Assembly: GCA_964019425.1 (NCBI GenBank)
Contig: OZ025781.1
Span: 744,001 to 808,000 of the forward strand
DNA from: Flectonema sp. DT1601
Taxonomy: Eukaryota
DNA length: 64,000 bases
Direction: 5' to 3'
In this document: in pieces, positions 44,086 through 56,700 of the stretch
Position numbering within the stretch: the stretch's first letter is position 1
Layout: each line of letters opens with the position of its first letter
Position numbers and translations under genes: made by a program
Notes under the pieces: generated by a model
Seen by the model: the letters and a program-made list of their open reading frames with translations, nothing else
What the model was told of the DNA's origin: nothing
The model's database searches: none

Positions 44086-44480
44086 ATGTTCGGCACCGCA
44101 GCCCCTGCTGTGAGAGTTAAAAGCGCCCTCCATGCTCGTCCAACAATAAAACCAGTCTGGAAACCAACCAGTACAATTAGACATGTATGTGAATGTAATT
44201 ATTTTATAACTTTTTCTTATTTATGTAAACACACATGAAACAATAATAACAGATGTGGACACCAAATAAATCTCAAAGTGGAGGTACTCGTGTAACTGGA
44301 GTTCATTCAAGGAAAGGACTAACATGGTGGAGAGCGAGAGCTGGTAATATTTACTCAGCTCAGTATGGTGTCACTACGGGATTGTCTTCAAATGTTGTCG
44401 TCGGGCTGATGATTCAGCCATCTCCAATTGCTGGATGGACATACGCCACTAATGATGACCCATACGGAAGTTCCGGTTGA
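44086..44480 (+). CDS. Small (108 aa) basic protein, possibly mitochondrion-targeted, 2 exons
   Basis: Exons 44086-44184 and 44253-44480 with a phase-0 GTATGT...AACAG intron; the N-terminus is free of acidic residues and R/K/A-rich. Confidence 0.7.
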
Positions 44481-44732
44481 TTTCGATATCACAGTATTAT
44501 TGGGTTCTTATATTTTTCTATTAGTTTTGAAGTGTCCCTATTCGACCAAATTACGACCGTTTTGAGTTTGCTAATTAATTTATTTTTTTTTGTGATTGTT
44601 CTTCTATTTCTTTCTTTATGACAAATAAAATGGTGGAGTTGAATCAGATTTGACTGTTCTCTTTATTTCTTGTTGTAATATATATTTATTTTTCGTTCTT
44701 AAAGGAAGCAAAAACCAATTATTTCGAACAAC

Positions 44733-45714
44733 ATGATGAAGATTGCGACAGCAATACTTCTCGCTTCGGTGACGTCAGGAGTTGCGCAGTGTGTTGATGG
44801 TTGTCGTCCTGGGGATGACATTTCTTGTAAGAAAGGAGACGTTATGGATATTATCTTCGCTGTTGGTGCCTTTGGTGATATGTGCACCACCAAAACAGAT
44901 TACACTTGTGGAACAAACCCTGCAAAGGTGCAGGGGCATCCAGCCTGCATTGGAAAACCTAACTGCGTTGGTTATAAAACACACGCATTCTGTGGTAAGG
45001 TTGATAAGTTTTCTAGTTTTACCTTACAAAACTCATACGAAGTCCTTTCAGATCTCAAACCCGCTTCCGACACCGATAGATTCCTCGACATCGTTATGTA
45101 CGGAGCTGGTCCAACAGCAGACAACCGTATCCCAGATGCTAATATGACTTCTCGTACTGCTGTTGTTGATTTTCGTGTATGTCATTACTGTAGTTGGTGA
45201 TAATAGAACAAAAAAAAAAACAAAAAATACAGCATCCTGGATGTAACGGTACCATTGCAATTGCTAACTTCTTAGTTTACAACGTCACTCTTGATAATGG
45301 GAAGTACAAAACAAAGCGTAATGCTGCTAGTGGGAATGGATTTGTACCAACTTGTACAAGTGATGATAAGTGTGATTTTGATACAAATTCAGTTTGTATC
45401 AAGAACCCAGCCTATGGTCATAAGGGAAACTGTGGAGTGTGTAAGAACACTGTTAAAGTTGCAGAACAAAACACGAATGACGTTAGAATACTACTCAGCT
45501 ACTACGGAACAGACTCAGGTGGCAGAGTTATGTTGAGCGGATCGTCAAATCCCCTCAACTTCAGACAGTTCGCTATTACGGACATCGCTTCGAAGATTGG
45601 AAAGGTTTGGTTTTTTAATTATAAATTCTTTTTTTTTTTTGTGATCTATTTCATTATCAACTAAATAAAACAAAAAAAACAAAACAGGACATCAGAAATG
45701 TAAAGTTCCCATAA
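44733..45714 (+). CDS. Secreted Cys-rich protein (280 aa), 3 exons
   Basis: Signal peptide MMKIATAILLASVTSGVAQ; exons 44733-45176, 45233-45604 and 45688-45714 join in frame. Confidence 0.8.
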
Positions 45715-46281
45715 TCTGAATACTTCTAAAGAGTAATAACTGATGTCGGAATCACATAGATGGGAATGAAGATGAAAAGCAAGACGAAAGAATAGAAAAA
45801 AAAAGAAAAGAAAAGGTGAAGTCCTCCGATTCCAAGTCAATTCTTGTACGTTAGGATGGTAGTTATCTTTTATAAAGATCTTTTGATTGCTTGAAGTTCC
45901 CTGTTGGTTTCTTTTGTTTCGCTCATGTTCCGTATTCAATAGACTTGTGTTTCAAAAAAAAAAAAAAAAAAAGTTTTATTTTATGCGTCACTGTTATGTT
46001 GAATTGAAGTAAGTGGTTATTTGTGGAAAAAAAAAGTTCGTGTTTGGGCCCGCGTGCCGCTTTCTCTTTGTCAGTTGTGTCCTTTTTTTTTTCTTCTTTT
46101 CTCCCTGACTTTCATTGGTTTGTTCATGAATTCTTCCTAGTTTTATATAACTCCCTCATCTCATTCATTTAAAGTAAACACCTGACATGACAACAGAGGC
46201 AACAAGTTTTCTTTATAAAGCTATACAGGAATATTTGTCCATCAATGTATCACTACTTGCAACAGCTCCCTCTCAAAACAA

Positions 46282-48507
46282 ATGCCGGAATTACCAGTTG
46301 GGGACTCTCCTATGCAGGGAGGTGAATTACCTTATATGGCAGCAGAGGAACTTGAAAGTTTTATGAAGTTAAATCCTGAATTGAATTTAAGTGAAGAGGA
46401 AGTTACATATTTGAAAATGAGGAGGAGGAACTTATCTGTTAGACGAAAGAGACCAACGAGTAATAATGATAATGAAATGTCACACGTCGTAAAGTTAATG
46501 GCTGTTGGTGATGACACAGTCCTCAGTAAAGATCAGAATATGCAATTATTCCTACTACAAGATTTGACTGAGGAAGCACCTCAACTAGCAATGAAAACAG
46601 TTTGTCCGATACTACAAAGACAGGTCACGGTTAGAGATCAATCATCATCACTTCAACAAAGTATTGTTGAGGTTTGGGTTCCTCCTTGTGGTGATAATTT
46701 TAAGATGCTTCGTTCGTTATATTTCGGATCTACGACAGTTTTTCTCGCATTCTTTTCGATTCATAACAAAGTCTCATTTAATAATATCAGAACCGTGTGG
46801 CTTCCTGAAATTCAAAATCACCTTTCCAAATCCCAAACAACATACTCAACTAAACCACCAATCTTAATAATTGGTGCTGACGCTCAGTGTAGAAGAGATC
46901 CGGGAATACCTCATGCGGACTTGGTCTCATCTGAAGAAGCTGTTCAACTAGCTCAGGAGTTCGGAGCAGCAAAATACATCGAAGTGTTTAGTAACAATTA
47001 CTATCACGTGAATGAGATAGTGCAACAGTCATTAAAGGCGGTTAGTGTGAGTGGAACACCTGCTGTTAATTCATTAAAAAGTGATTACGATGCCGATAAT
47101 TGTGTCTTCAGAGAGCAGTTGACAGTTTCAACACCAGTTGGATACTTCAACTTAGTAGATAAAACTTTTGAAATCCATAAACAACCCAACACTCAATACT
47201 TCTATGCTGTGACAGCTGATGTCAGTTTATCTGATTCTGTTTCTGCTCCGACATTCGCTGATGAGGAGTACACTAAACCTGTAAAACTACAAAAACCATA
47301 TCCAACTTATATTAAAGTAGTTGCATATAAAAAGTGTCATTTCCCATCTCAAGTTTTAGTACTTCCGATACCAACTGAGACAGAACCGCCAATGGGATAT
47401 TTTGATGTTTTGAGAAGAGGATTTTATGTTCAAAGAAATCCATTTTCTCGTAATAAAGAACGTAAATTATACTACACGACGAACGGTTCTAAACCAACTT
47501 GTGAATCATCTTTGTTGGATGAGAGTTCTGGATTGTTATTTGGAGGAGGTGTAAACGGGATTGACGAAGACATTCCTGAGATTATTAATTTATTTGCAGT
47601 TGAAGATGGATGCTTTCGAAGTAGAGTAGTATCAGTACCATCACCACCAACATTATCAGCTCCGAAAGTGATGTATTCTGATGTTGATGGGGTGTTAAAA
47701 ATTCAATCACAACCTCATCTTGACTATCGCTATACCACAGATGGATCGCCGCCTAACTACAATAGTTGTTTGTATTCTTCTCCAGTTATGCTACCGAGAG
47801 AACCTGGTGTGTATCGAGTTAGAGTCGCAGCGTTTCCGAAATTATCATTTTCTAGTCGAGTCGTTGACGTTGTTATTGGAGGAACAGATAGAAACAACAA
47901 CAACAGTAGTGGTCTTAATAGTGATCAGCGAGGGAAGGAAACACCTCCAGCTGTTCCAATGACTAGAACGGCAAGAGCAAGAATAGCAAGGCATAGCCCA
48001 TCAGGTAGAGTTGCTTCTCGTAGTCCAAAGAGTACTCGTCCTCGAAGTCCAGCGATAAACCCACACTCAAATGTTAAAAGTAAAGTGAGTTCAATGATTA
48101 AGAGTGGATCATTTCATAAAGAACCATCCCGTCAACATAGACAACATGCTGTAGATGACGCAGTGGGTTCAAGCAATGTATCCTGTACGACAAAACATAA
48201 TACTTTGGATTTTACTTTTGATGACCCAATTGCGATCACTCACTTAACAGTTGCCACACCTGGTTCTGCGAAAGGACCGGATGAATATTTAATTTCTGTT
48301 CAAACTCCTACAGATCCGTCTTTAACTGATGTAGGGTCTGGTAGACTACAAGATCTCAACGGAATTCAAATTATGTCGCTCTCTCCAAATATTCAGTCTA
48401 TTCAAGCTGTTAAGGTTCAAGTTCATTTTAGCAAAACTAATTCTGGTGTATTTAGAATTAACAACGTACAGATTCATGGACAACCTGCTGGTGTGCCATG
48501 TCCGTGA
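46282..48507 (+). CDS. Rho-like small-GTPase-fold domain (degenerate) fused to Fn3-associated/CHB_HEX_C-type repeats and a C-terminal beta-sandwich
   Basis: VKLMAVGD, LRSLYF, SFNNIRTVWLPEI, PILIIG and LAQEFGAAKYIE are Rho-like; YYTTNGSKPT and YTTDGSPP are Fn3-associated motifs. Confidence 0.75.
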   Translation: MPELPVGDSPMQGGELPYMAAEELESFMKLNPELNLSEEEVTYLKMRRRNLSVRRKRPTSNNDNEMSHVVKLMAVGDDTVLSKDQNMQLFLLQDLTEEAPQLAMKTVCPILQRQVTVRDQSSSLQQSIVEVWVPPCGDNFKMLRSLYFGSTTVFLAFFSIHNKVSFNNIRTVWLPEIQNHLSKSQTTYSTKPPILIIGADAQCRRDPGIPHADLVSSEEAVQLAQEFGAAKYIEVFSNNYYHVNEIVQQSLKAVSVSGTPAVNSLKSDYDADNCVFREQLTVSTPVGYFNLVDKTFEIHKQPNTQYFYAVTADVSLSDSVSAPTFADEEYTKPVKLQKPYPTYIKVVAYKKCHFPSQVLVLPIPTETEPPMGYFDVLRRGFYVQRNPFSRNKERKLYYTTNGSKPTCESSLLDESSGLLFGGGVNGIDEDIPEIINLFAVEDGCFRSRVVSVPSPPTLSAPKVMYSDVDGVLKIQSQPHLDYRYTTDGSPPNYNSCLYSSPVMLPREPGVYRVRVAAFPKLSFSSRVVDVVIGGTDRNNNNSSGLNSDQRGKETPPAVPMTRTARARIARHSPSGRVASRSPKSTRPRSPAINPHSNVKSKVSSMIKSGSFHKEPSRQHRQHAVDDAVGSSNVSCTTKHNTLDFTFDDPIAITHLTVATPGSAKGPDEYLISVQTPTDPSLTDVGSGRLQDLNGIQIMSLSPNIQSIQAVKVQVHFSKTNSGVFRINNVQIHGQPAGVPCP

Positions 48508-48768
48508 AGTACACTGACAAAAAAAACTTTTTTTTTTTTTTTTTTTGTAGAATTTTTTAATTCCCTTTCCCCCGAACCTACTTTTTTAGATTATGTTATT
48601 CTCATATTTCGTGTATTCTCCTTCCCCTAGCAAATTGATCGGGTTTTTTTTTAAATTAGATTTTCTTTTTTTCTTCTTTTTTTTGACTGACTTACTTCTA
48701 CGCCATAAGAGGTATATAGATTTACTCTCCAAACCTATAGTTACTTTATTATGCTAAGTTGCGCATCA

Positions 48769-49057
48769 CCCTTAGTCACTGTATCTAAAACTATGTTTTA
48801 TGTTTTTTATGATACAATACAATTGTATTTTACGTACATAACATCGAACAGGTAAACCCCCTGAACTGTATGCAGCTAAGTTAGAAACATTTATTATAAT
48901 GTAAAGTATTTACGTCAATCGCAGAGTGTATACCTACACTAACATTACCTTTAGTCAACTGTATCTCAGAACTAATGTTAAATTATCGTTATGTTGTTTA
49001 TGATACAAAACATTTGTATTTTACGTACAAACTCGAACAGTTAACCCCCCTGAACTG
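48769..49057. repeat. Two degenerate tandem copies of a ~100-110-bp dispersed repeat
   Basis: CCT(T)TAGTCA(A)CTGTATCT...TGATACAA...TGTATTTTACGTACA...CGAACAG...CCCCCTGAACTG at ~48769 and ~48949. Confidence 0.85.
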
Positions 49058-49158
49058 AACAGTTAAGATTGTCAGGGAGAAATTGATCTTCCTTTTTGAG
49101 TTTGAAAAATTTAACAACAGAGTGCTTATTCTTATTTCTTAAATTAGGAATATAAAAA

Positions 49159-50292
49159 ATGCCAACCAGCAGCTGTCTAAAACCCATACCACCAACAGAA
49201 GCTGCGGATACTTGCAGAGCACTACAGGCTTTAGATGCATTGACTGCTATTGAAACTTTAGAAGAACAAGTTCACAGCAGTAGACTTGTCGTAACTGAAT
49301 TAAATAATCAAATATCAATCTTGAAGGGTGATCTGTATCACTGTCAGGCGAATGCTGGAGTTACCTCTCTAATGTTGTTTGAATACAAAATGAAAACAAT
49401 TTTAAAAGAAGAAGAAAACAATCGAAATGGAATAATAGATTTCTGGTTAACGACGACAACTCAATTAAAGCAAGACATTGAAAAATTACAATTAATTCAA
49501 AATATTAACAATTACCATCAACAACATATCAACTTACTGTCCGACGAAGAGAGTCTTCGTAGAGAAATTGAGATTAATTTTATGAGCGTGATATTTATAA
49601 ACTATAAAAATATGATCTCTGGAAGTGAAATTATTTTAAAAACGGAAAACGATGATGCGAAGAGGCTTCAGTTTGACACTTCAAAATATGAAATTGAATC
49701 GCAAAAAATAACAATTCAGGATCTACGACAGCAACTTCATCAATCGAAAATAAATAATAAACACCACTTGAATAGTATCGATGGTTTCAGGTCTGAAATA
49801 TTAATTTCTAAACTGACATTTGAAGAGTCTCAAAGTAGACAGCTACTCTACCGTCGTGCGTGTGATGAACTAATTAGAATTCAACAAAACGCTATTCGAT
49901 TCATGACATTGCGTCAAAGGATTGGAGGTCCAAATGAAGGACAGGAGGGGAGTTCAATTTCGGGTCGTAATTTTTATTCAGATCTGAGTAGTGAATTGTC
50001 CTCATGCGGTCGTTCTGTTGGTAGACACTCCTCTGAAGTGTTCGGTAGTTCTAAAAGAATCGAAGAACTAAGTAAGACTGCAGTCTTACCTGTGGAGTTG
50101 TTGTCTTCTAATCAGCGTAGCTATCACTGTAGTGACAACAACGTTATAGGAGAGTCATCTCGTTATCGACCATTCTCTCAATGGACATCACAGTATTCTT
50201 CAAGCATCTCTTCTACCCGTTCTGTTCAGTCAGATATTGCTGCACCTCCTCCTTCGAGAAGACTCTCATCGGCATCGACTTACTTTGGGTAG
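49159..50292 (+). CDS. Coiled-coil hypothetical protein with EExxR motifs and Ser-rich tail
   Basis: 377-aa ORF with heptad-like composition; EEENNRNGI, DEESLRREI and EESQSRQLL. Confidence 0.75.
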   Translation: MPTSSCLKPIPPTEAADTCRALQALDALTAIETLEEQVHSSRLVVTELNNQISILKGDLYHCQANAGVTSLMLFEYKMKTILKEEENNRNGIIDFWLTTTTQLKQDIEKLQLIQNINNYHQQHINLLSDEESLRREIEINFMSVIFINYKNMISGSEIILKTENDDAKRLQFDTSKYEIESQKITIQDLRQQLHQSKINNKHHLNSIDGFRSEILISKLTFEESQSRQLLYRRACDELIRIQQNAIRFMTLRQRIGGPNEGQEGSSISGRNFYSDLSSELSSCGRSVGRHSSEVFGSSKRIEELSKTAVLPVELLSSNQRSYHCSDNNVIGESSRYRPFSQWTSQYSSSISSTRSVQSDIAAPPPSRRLSSASTYFG

Positions 50293-50422
50293 TTTGTATT
50301 CAGCATCATGTTGGTTGTTGTTTCTTATTTTATTGTAACCTTTTTATGATTAGATTATATTCAAATTGATGTGTTTTTTTTTATTTTAAAAGAATATCTT
50401 TTCAACAGAAGAACTGAATGAA

Positions 50423-51562
50423 ATGTCGGAGATGATGACTCCCGGGAGACCCTTTGCTGGGTTGGCAGAACGACTTCGTATTGATCCACCTGCAGATGTT
50501 CTTCTTAGTAAACTGAGACAACAACAAGAGTCTGTTGAAAATGAAATGAAAATACTTCGTGAAGAGCTGAACGTTGCGTTATCACCACAGCAACAAGTGA
50601 CTGTGACTCAGACACCTCAAAGACAAGCTCCTGTTGTGATCGTTCCAACATCACCAATTATAAGTAAAAGACAACAATACACGTCACCTATAAAAACAGT
50701 TGAGATATTCGCTCCGTCATCACCTGATCACTTTAAATCACAATACGACGACGTGGCATCTCCTCATGAGCTGGATTATGAACCAGCTGAGTACTTCACG
50801 AATCATAATTCTAAATCGACATTAGAAGGAAATGATTTAGACTTTCCATCATCTCCGTATGCTATGAGTCCTCTTGAAAACCCTGAAGACATGCCTCCAG
50901 AGATACCCTTTGTTTATAGTAGGGAATATAAATATCTTGAGTCTAGAGAAAAGACATGGAACACTAGTACTAAAGTTGTTCATCCTAATCCTCAAAAACG
51001 AAAGTTGAGAAGAAGAGATCGTCCACAACCATTATATACTGGACCGAGGCCTAAGAGTCAAGACTTTGGGTTTTATAGAAATCAAAGAATTGAGCCATCA
51101 GAAGACTCGATTAATGATCGTTTTCTTGATAATAACGGAGTTCTGTTCGGCGATATAAATGAAATGGATTTCGAGTATCTTCCTGAGAGAAGAGATCGTT
51201 CTCCAATTCGACAACATCCTAACAGAACGAATGTGACTTCTCGAACTCGAACACCAACAGCGTCAAGTTTTCACCAACAATATCTGAGACGTCGAACGAA
51301 TGTGAGAAGTCGTTCACCGGAGATGGATTTAGTTTCCCGACCTCCGAAGTTTTTTGATCCGAACATGTCATCGAAATCATTTCTTAATATTGGTTCGGTG
51401 TTGTCCACATCATCACAGATTGCTAATCCTCCGTCTACGTCGTCACTTGGTGCTCCTCTCAGAGGTGAATTAGCACCTGTTGTGACTAAGGGTGGACTTT
51501 GGGCTACAATGCCACACTCAGTTAAGAAATTAACCAGAGAATTAAATGCATACTCGCGATAG
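50423..51562 (+). CDS. Disordered SP/R-rich hypothetical protein with short N-terminal coiled coil
   Basis: 379-aa ORF downstream of a TTTTCAACAG acceptor-like site. Confidence 0.75.
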   Translation: MSEMMTPGRPFAGLAERLRIDPPADVLLSKLRQQQESVENEMKILREELNVALSPQQQVTVTQTPQRQAPVVIVPTSPIISKRQQYTSPIKTVEIFAPSSPDHFKSQYDDVASPHELDYEPAEYFTNHNSKSTLEGNDLDFPSSPYAMSPLENPEDMPPEIPFVYSREYKYLESREKTWNTSTKVVHPNPQKRKLRRRDRPQPLYTGPRPKSQDFGFYRNQRIEPSEDSINDRFLDNNGVLFGDINEMDFEYLPERRDRSPIRQHPNRTNVTSRTRTPTASSFHQQYLRRRTNVRSRSPEMDLVSRPPKFFDPNMSSKSFLNIGSVLSTSSQIANPPSTSSLGAPLRGELAPVVTKGGLWATMPHSVKKLTRELNAYSR

Positions 51563-51895
51563 TATGGTTGATAACTGTTAATATGAGGTATTCAAAAAAA
51601 ATACGACAATTTTTTTTTCCTTTTTTTTTGTACTTCTTGTTTCTGTTTGATTATTTCTATAAATCGAATGTTTTTCATTTTATTAAAGGCATTCAGCTAG
51701 AGTTCATTTTTTGTATTGTTTTCCTCTCACCTTTTTTTTTTCCCCTTCCAACTCCCCGTTTGTTTCTCTTTTTTTGTTTCTCATCCAATTTGTACTCAAT
51801 GAAACTATTTCTTAGGATGTTTATGTACTCTTTGATTGAATAACTATTTCCCATCCCAAACAGTAAAAAGCAGCAGGGGGCTTTAGTCTTTCACA

Positions 51896-53408
51896 ATGGC
51901 GAAGGGTCACTCTAAGAATATTAACATGCACAAGGCGTTCCACCCTACGGGGCACCGAACGGTTGAGGCTGTTAGGAAAGCTGACGAAATGGAGGCTTTG
52001 GCACAGAGGAAGAAGAAAGATCGTGACAGGGAAGCAGAAAAGGAACGTGAAGAGCGATACTACAGAGATATGCAGGCCTCAACAACGGGAGTAAAGTCAA
52101 AGGAAAGGTTGGATTGGATTTATGAATTTGGAGGAGGTGGGAAGACGCAATCGAGTGGAATTCAAATGGTCTCTGCTGATCAGATCCTCGCAAAGAAACC
52201 AGATTCAGATTTCTCTGAAGCCAAAGACCTCGCCAATCAGGAACCTGTTAAAAAAGATTCCAAAGCCATGGCTGTTGACATGGAAGCAAAACTCCGTGAG
52301 GATCCACTTCTCGCAATTGAAATGGCGAAGAGAGCTCGAATTGAAGCCGCCTTCAACGATCCCATGCAGGCCCAGCGACTTCGCAAGATGAGGAAACAGC
52401 AGGAAGAAAAGCAGCTTAGGAGGGAAAAAAAGGAAAGGAAAAAGGAAAAGAAGGAGAAAAAAAAGAAGAAAGACAAAAAGGAGAAGAAGAAGAAGAAAAA
52501 GAGACGTCACTCAACAACAGAATCATCCGACGATGATTCATCATCGGGAGAATCACTTCTTCGTAAACCTCGCAAGCGTCATGATAGCGAAACGGAAGAA
52601 TCTGTTGGTAGGAATCGCAGGCGACCATATTCTCGAAGTCTATCTCAGAACAGGCAGAGAGACTATCGAAGTAGCAGCAGAGATCGTAAAAAGAGATTCG
52701 ATTCTCGTGATTCTCGTGATTCACGTGATTCATTTAATAACAAATATCACAGCGACAGAGACCGCTACGACAAAAAAGACGGACATCATTATGAAGCAAA
52801 CGACGACAACAGATATCAACGCAGGGAAGTTGACTTGTATCGCGGACCTCTCCGCGATACAAGAGAACATAGGGAACGTGACTACCGACGTGATAGCTAC
52901 CGAAGAAGCAGTAGAGATCGCAATGAGAGAGATCGAAATGGAAGCAGAGACAGGGACAACTCAGGAAGAGACTACAGTCGCCGTAATCGTACAGAGCGAT
53001 TTCAAAAGGATGAGATACGACGTGGCTATAATAATAATAACAACAATCGCAAGACTCGCGCACCTCAATTAACAGAAGAAGAGAAGGCTCAACGAGTTCG
53101 TGAAATGCAGAATGCTGCCGCCACTAATAACCAACAACGTGATCAGGCTATCCGAAATGCTGAAGACAGAGATAGAACTGAAGCTGAGGTAAACAGCCGC
53201 TCAACTGGAAATGTTCTAAAAAATATGACTGACCAGGTATCGTATAATTTATAATTCTATTTAATATCAACAATTAGTATTCATAACGACGATAATATAA
53301 AACAAAAAACAGATTCTTTCTTCATCAATATCAGATCGACTTAAGTCAAGCAAGTTCTACAGCAGCAAGGATGCCAGCTTCGTGCGAGGTAGAGCGTGTG
53401 ATGACTGA
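51896..53408 (+). CDS. CWC25: Pre-mRNA splicing factor CWC25-like, 2 exons
   Basis: NMHKAFHP, KERLDWIY, KLREDPLLAI, a K-rich and RS/RD-rich middle and LTEEEK..R.REM; intron 53237-53312 adds ILSSSISDRLKS...DD*. Confidence 0.85.
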
Positions 53409-53721
53409 AATTCAAACTGTCGACGAAGGGAAGCGTTTAGTGCCGTCTAATAAAACTGACATAACTATCCTTTTATATTTTATTGTGTTCATTTCGGCTA
53501 TCACGTCAGACGATAGTCTGAAGAATAATAGTTTATACATTTACTGTATTATTTTTTATGTTTTTTCGTACACAACGATAGTTTTTTTATTTCTTTTTTT
53601 TTTTTTCCCCTCCCCACAGACAAAGCTGCAGACAAAAGCAGTCTCCTATCGTCGAGGAAATACAAAGAACCCTACCTTATATTATTATTATTATTATTAT
53701 CTTTTTATTTACTTCAGTCGA

Positions 53722-56700
53722 ATGGATGCTACTGTTTCGGTGGGAAAGCAAGAATCGCTTCCATTCGGAGTGTTTTCAGGTAACTACGGTCAGGATGAAA
53801 CTCCTTCAAAGGCTGCTCTATTCATGCAAAGAATACGACGTGAAGATTCTATAAATGAAGACTACGATGATGAACAGGAGGAACTTATTAAAACAGTCAG
53901 ACAAGAGCCACGAGAAATACCACTTTCACCAATTAGTGATGTTTGTGTTGTTGAAGAGACAGAGGAAGGTCTATTCTCTACTGTGAGACGGTTGGATCCA
54001 AAACTAATGTCGTCAGTATTTGATAACTCTCAACCATCACCTTCTTCAATATCAGATGCGGCAACTCCTAAAAAGAGAACTTCACTTGGACGTTCTCCTC
54101 GGCGGTCATCTGGTGCTACTACTCCAATGTCTTCAAAGCGGAGGAGATCTTCGCTACTTCGAAGACGCTCATCAGATAAAAGTCAGAGTCGTCGAAGTTC
54201 ATTACAACTCGATGGTTATGAAGAAGGTGAATTAGAGAAGTCTAATCACACGGATAAAGATGACGTTAATTCTGTTAGAACAACTCCGTCAAGAAGTGGT
54301 CGTCGAAGTTCAGATGCTCAAAAAACTTTCAAACCCGCTGTCAGTCCTCAAAAGAGATCATCTGAAGGTGGGAAACGTTCTTCAGTTGAAACAACCGGCA
54401 ACGAGTCAGTTGGAAGGAAGAGGTCTTCAATAGAACATTCATTAACAGTTGATGGTATTCACAAGTCACCTAAAACTGGAGGAAAAGCCTCACGAAGATG
54501 GTCTGCTGTGAGGAAGATAACACTCTCAGATGACGTTGATAATCAGAGAAGAAGTTCTCTATTACAAATTCCATCAAATGAACGAAGAATTACAACTCCA
54601 ACAAGGAATCTTGGATCTGTCGTAACGCTGATGATGAAACAAGAAAGAGAGACGAAAGAATTTTCAGATCAAATGTCAGATTTAAGAGAAAGGCTAACTA
54701 CCAACAGAACACGATTGCAGTCACTAAAAGGAAAACCTGACGAGGTCGACACCATCGAAGAACGCGTAAACCTGATTTCAAAAATCCACGAAGACGAAGT
54801 ACTAGAAACTCAGTTATTGGAAGACTTCGATAATTTCAAAAAACAATCACTCACGACTGATGAAGATCAGAGAATCTGGAGAGGCTTCCTCGCATCCAAA
54901 GCCATTCGAAGAGAACACACTGAACAAAAAGAAGAAGCAAAACGAGTTCAAGAAGTTCGATCAAAAGAAACGATTAAATTCAAACTCCGACACGAAAAGG
55001 AACAAAACATCAAATTATCAACAAAAGAAAAAATGAAACAAATTGAGCAAATTGAGTCAAAGAGATCAGAAGAAGAACAAGAACTGAAAGCCAAGATGAA
55101 CGAATTAAAACAACAATATCAGGAACAGCAAAAGAAAGTTTCAGCTTTGGAGATTGGTTCAGCAACGCAGTACGAATATGTAGTTGAAAAAGGTGTTTTA
55201 AATACCATTGACATCGCTCAATTAGAGTTAAAAAAACAGATTGAAACATTACCAGAACGATTCATAACACCGACCCTGACACCTGAAGAAGAACGAGCTG
55301 CGAGAGGTTTGCAAGCATTTCAAGCAGCTCGACAGCTACGACTGTCTCAAGTTTCTGAAGCAAAACGTCTACAAGGAGCTAAAGAAGAGTCTAAAAAACT
55401 TGCTGGAGCTGCAGCAACAAAACAACGACTTGCAGAGATAGAAGACATTCGTAAGAGCCTCACAACTAAAACAGAATTCTTAAAGTTCACTGAAGAACAT
55501 TATTACCACAGCAGAGACATTCTAATTGAGCGCCGTGACTTTGCTGAGTCTTCTCTCACGTCAATTGAATTGATTGTTAATTCACAACAAAAACAACTTT
55601 CTGTTTTTTATATTCCAACTGTTCTTCAAACTAAATTAATGGAAACTAGTTTATCATTTTGTAATGAAGTTTCAAAACTAAATGATGAAATTGAGAATTT
55701 ATCGATATTACACGCGGCAGATGCTCAGATTGCTCAGCTAACACCAACAGAACGAATTGAACAACGAGCTCAACGAGGAGTAAAGAGAAAATCAAAAGAC
55801 ACTATAACATCGCCGACCTTAGGACCGAATACTGGAACTGCTTTCAATCCTCCTCCAAGCCCGTTACTTGGAGCATTAGATGTGAGTAACGTGACAACAC
55901 TGTTATCTTCATTAAGAAATCGGAACGCTGTTAGTCAGGCTGGAGTCACCGCACCTCAAATTAAAAAACAAACTCAACAGCAACCAACATCAACAACAAT
56001 ACGAAAACTCTCTTTATCAGAATTACATCCCGTTGATCAGATTACTGAACTCAAAGGACATATTCTAGGAGAGTCTATTACTTTATCAAATTCAGGTGAG
56101 CAGTTGTTTTACGAAATTTCAGAGGCGGACTCGGAAATTGCGAAGTTGGTGGAGGAGGTGAAACGAATTGAAATTGATATCGAAATGCTTTCACAGACAT
56201 CTCATGTTGCGATCACTCTGTGCGCCTCCATGGCTTTAGAGATTATTAACGACGTTGAAAAACAACGTCGAGAGAGAGAATTGTTAGAAAAAGAATCATC
56301 TGCCAGCCCTGCATGCAGCAGCGCAACATTTTCATTTCAAGTCACTGAAGAAGTCGCAAGTGTAGGAGCGTCAAGTCCTCAGGGAAGTTTTCGAAGTACC
56401 ATTCGAACTAGTAAACTATTAGTAGGAGATAGTTATAATAATCATCCGCTTTCAGGAAGTAATAAAAGCAGCTTAGCGTCACTAACCCCACCACCTTCTG
56501 ATGCTCAGTTAGCAGCAGCTATTTGTATTCTTATACACACAACTTGTGATAGTAACAACTGCTATCATTCAACTCATTCGATAAGTGTTTTGAATACAAC
56601 TACTGCTGAAGATGTCGCAACTGCCCTGCTCTACCTGACACCGTCTTTGGGAAATCCAACAGTGTTACCTCCGAGTACGGTAGTGTCCCCATCAACGACT

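Noticed and set aside
53371..53721. N-terminal 117 aa of the 1116-aa ORF
   Set aside because: It overlaps the CWC25 last exon and T-rich intergenic sequence; the likely start is 53722.
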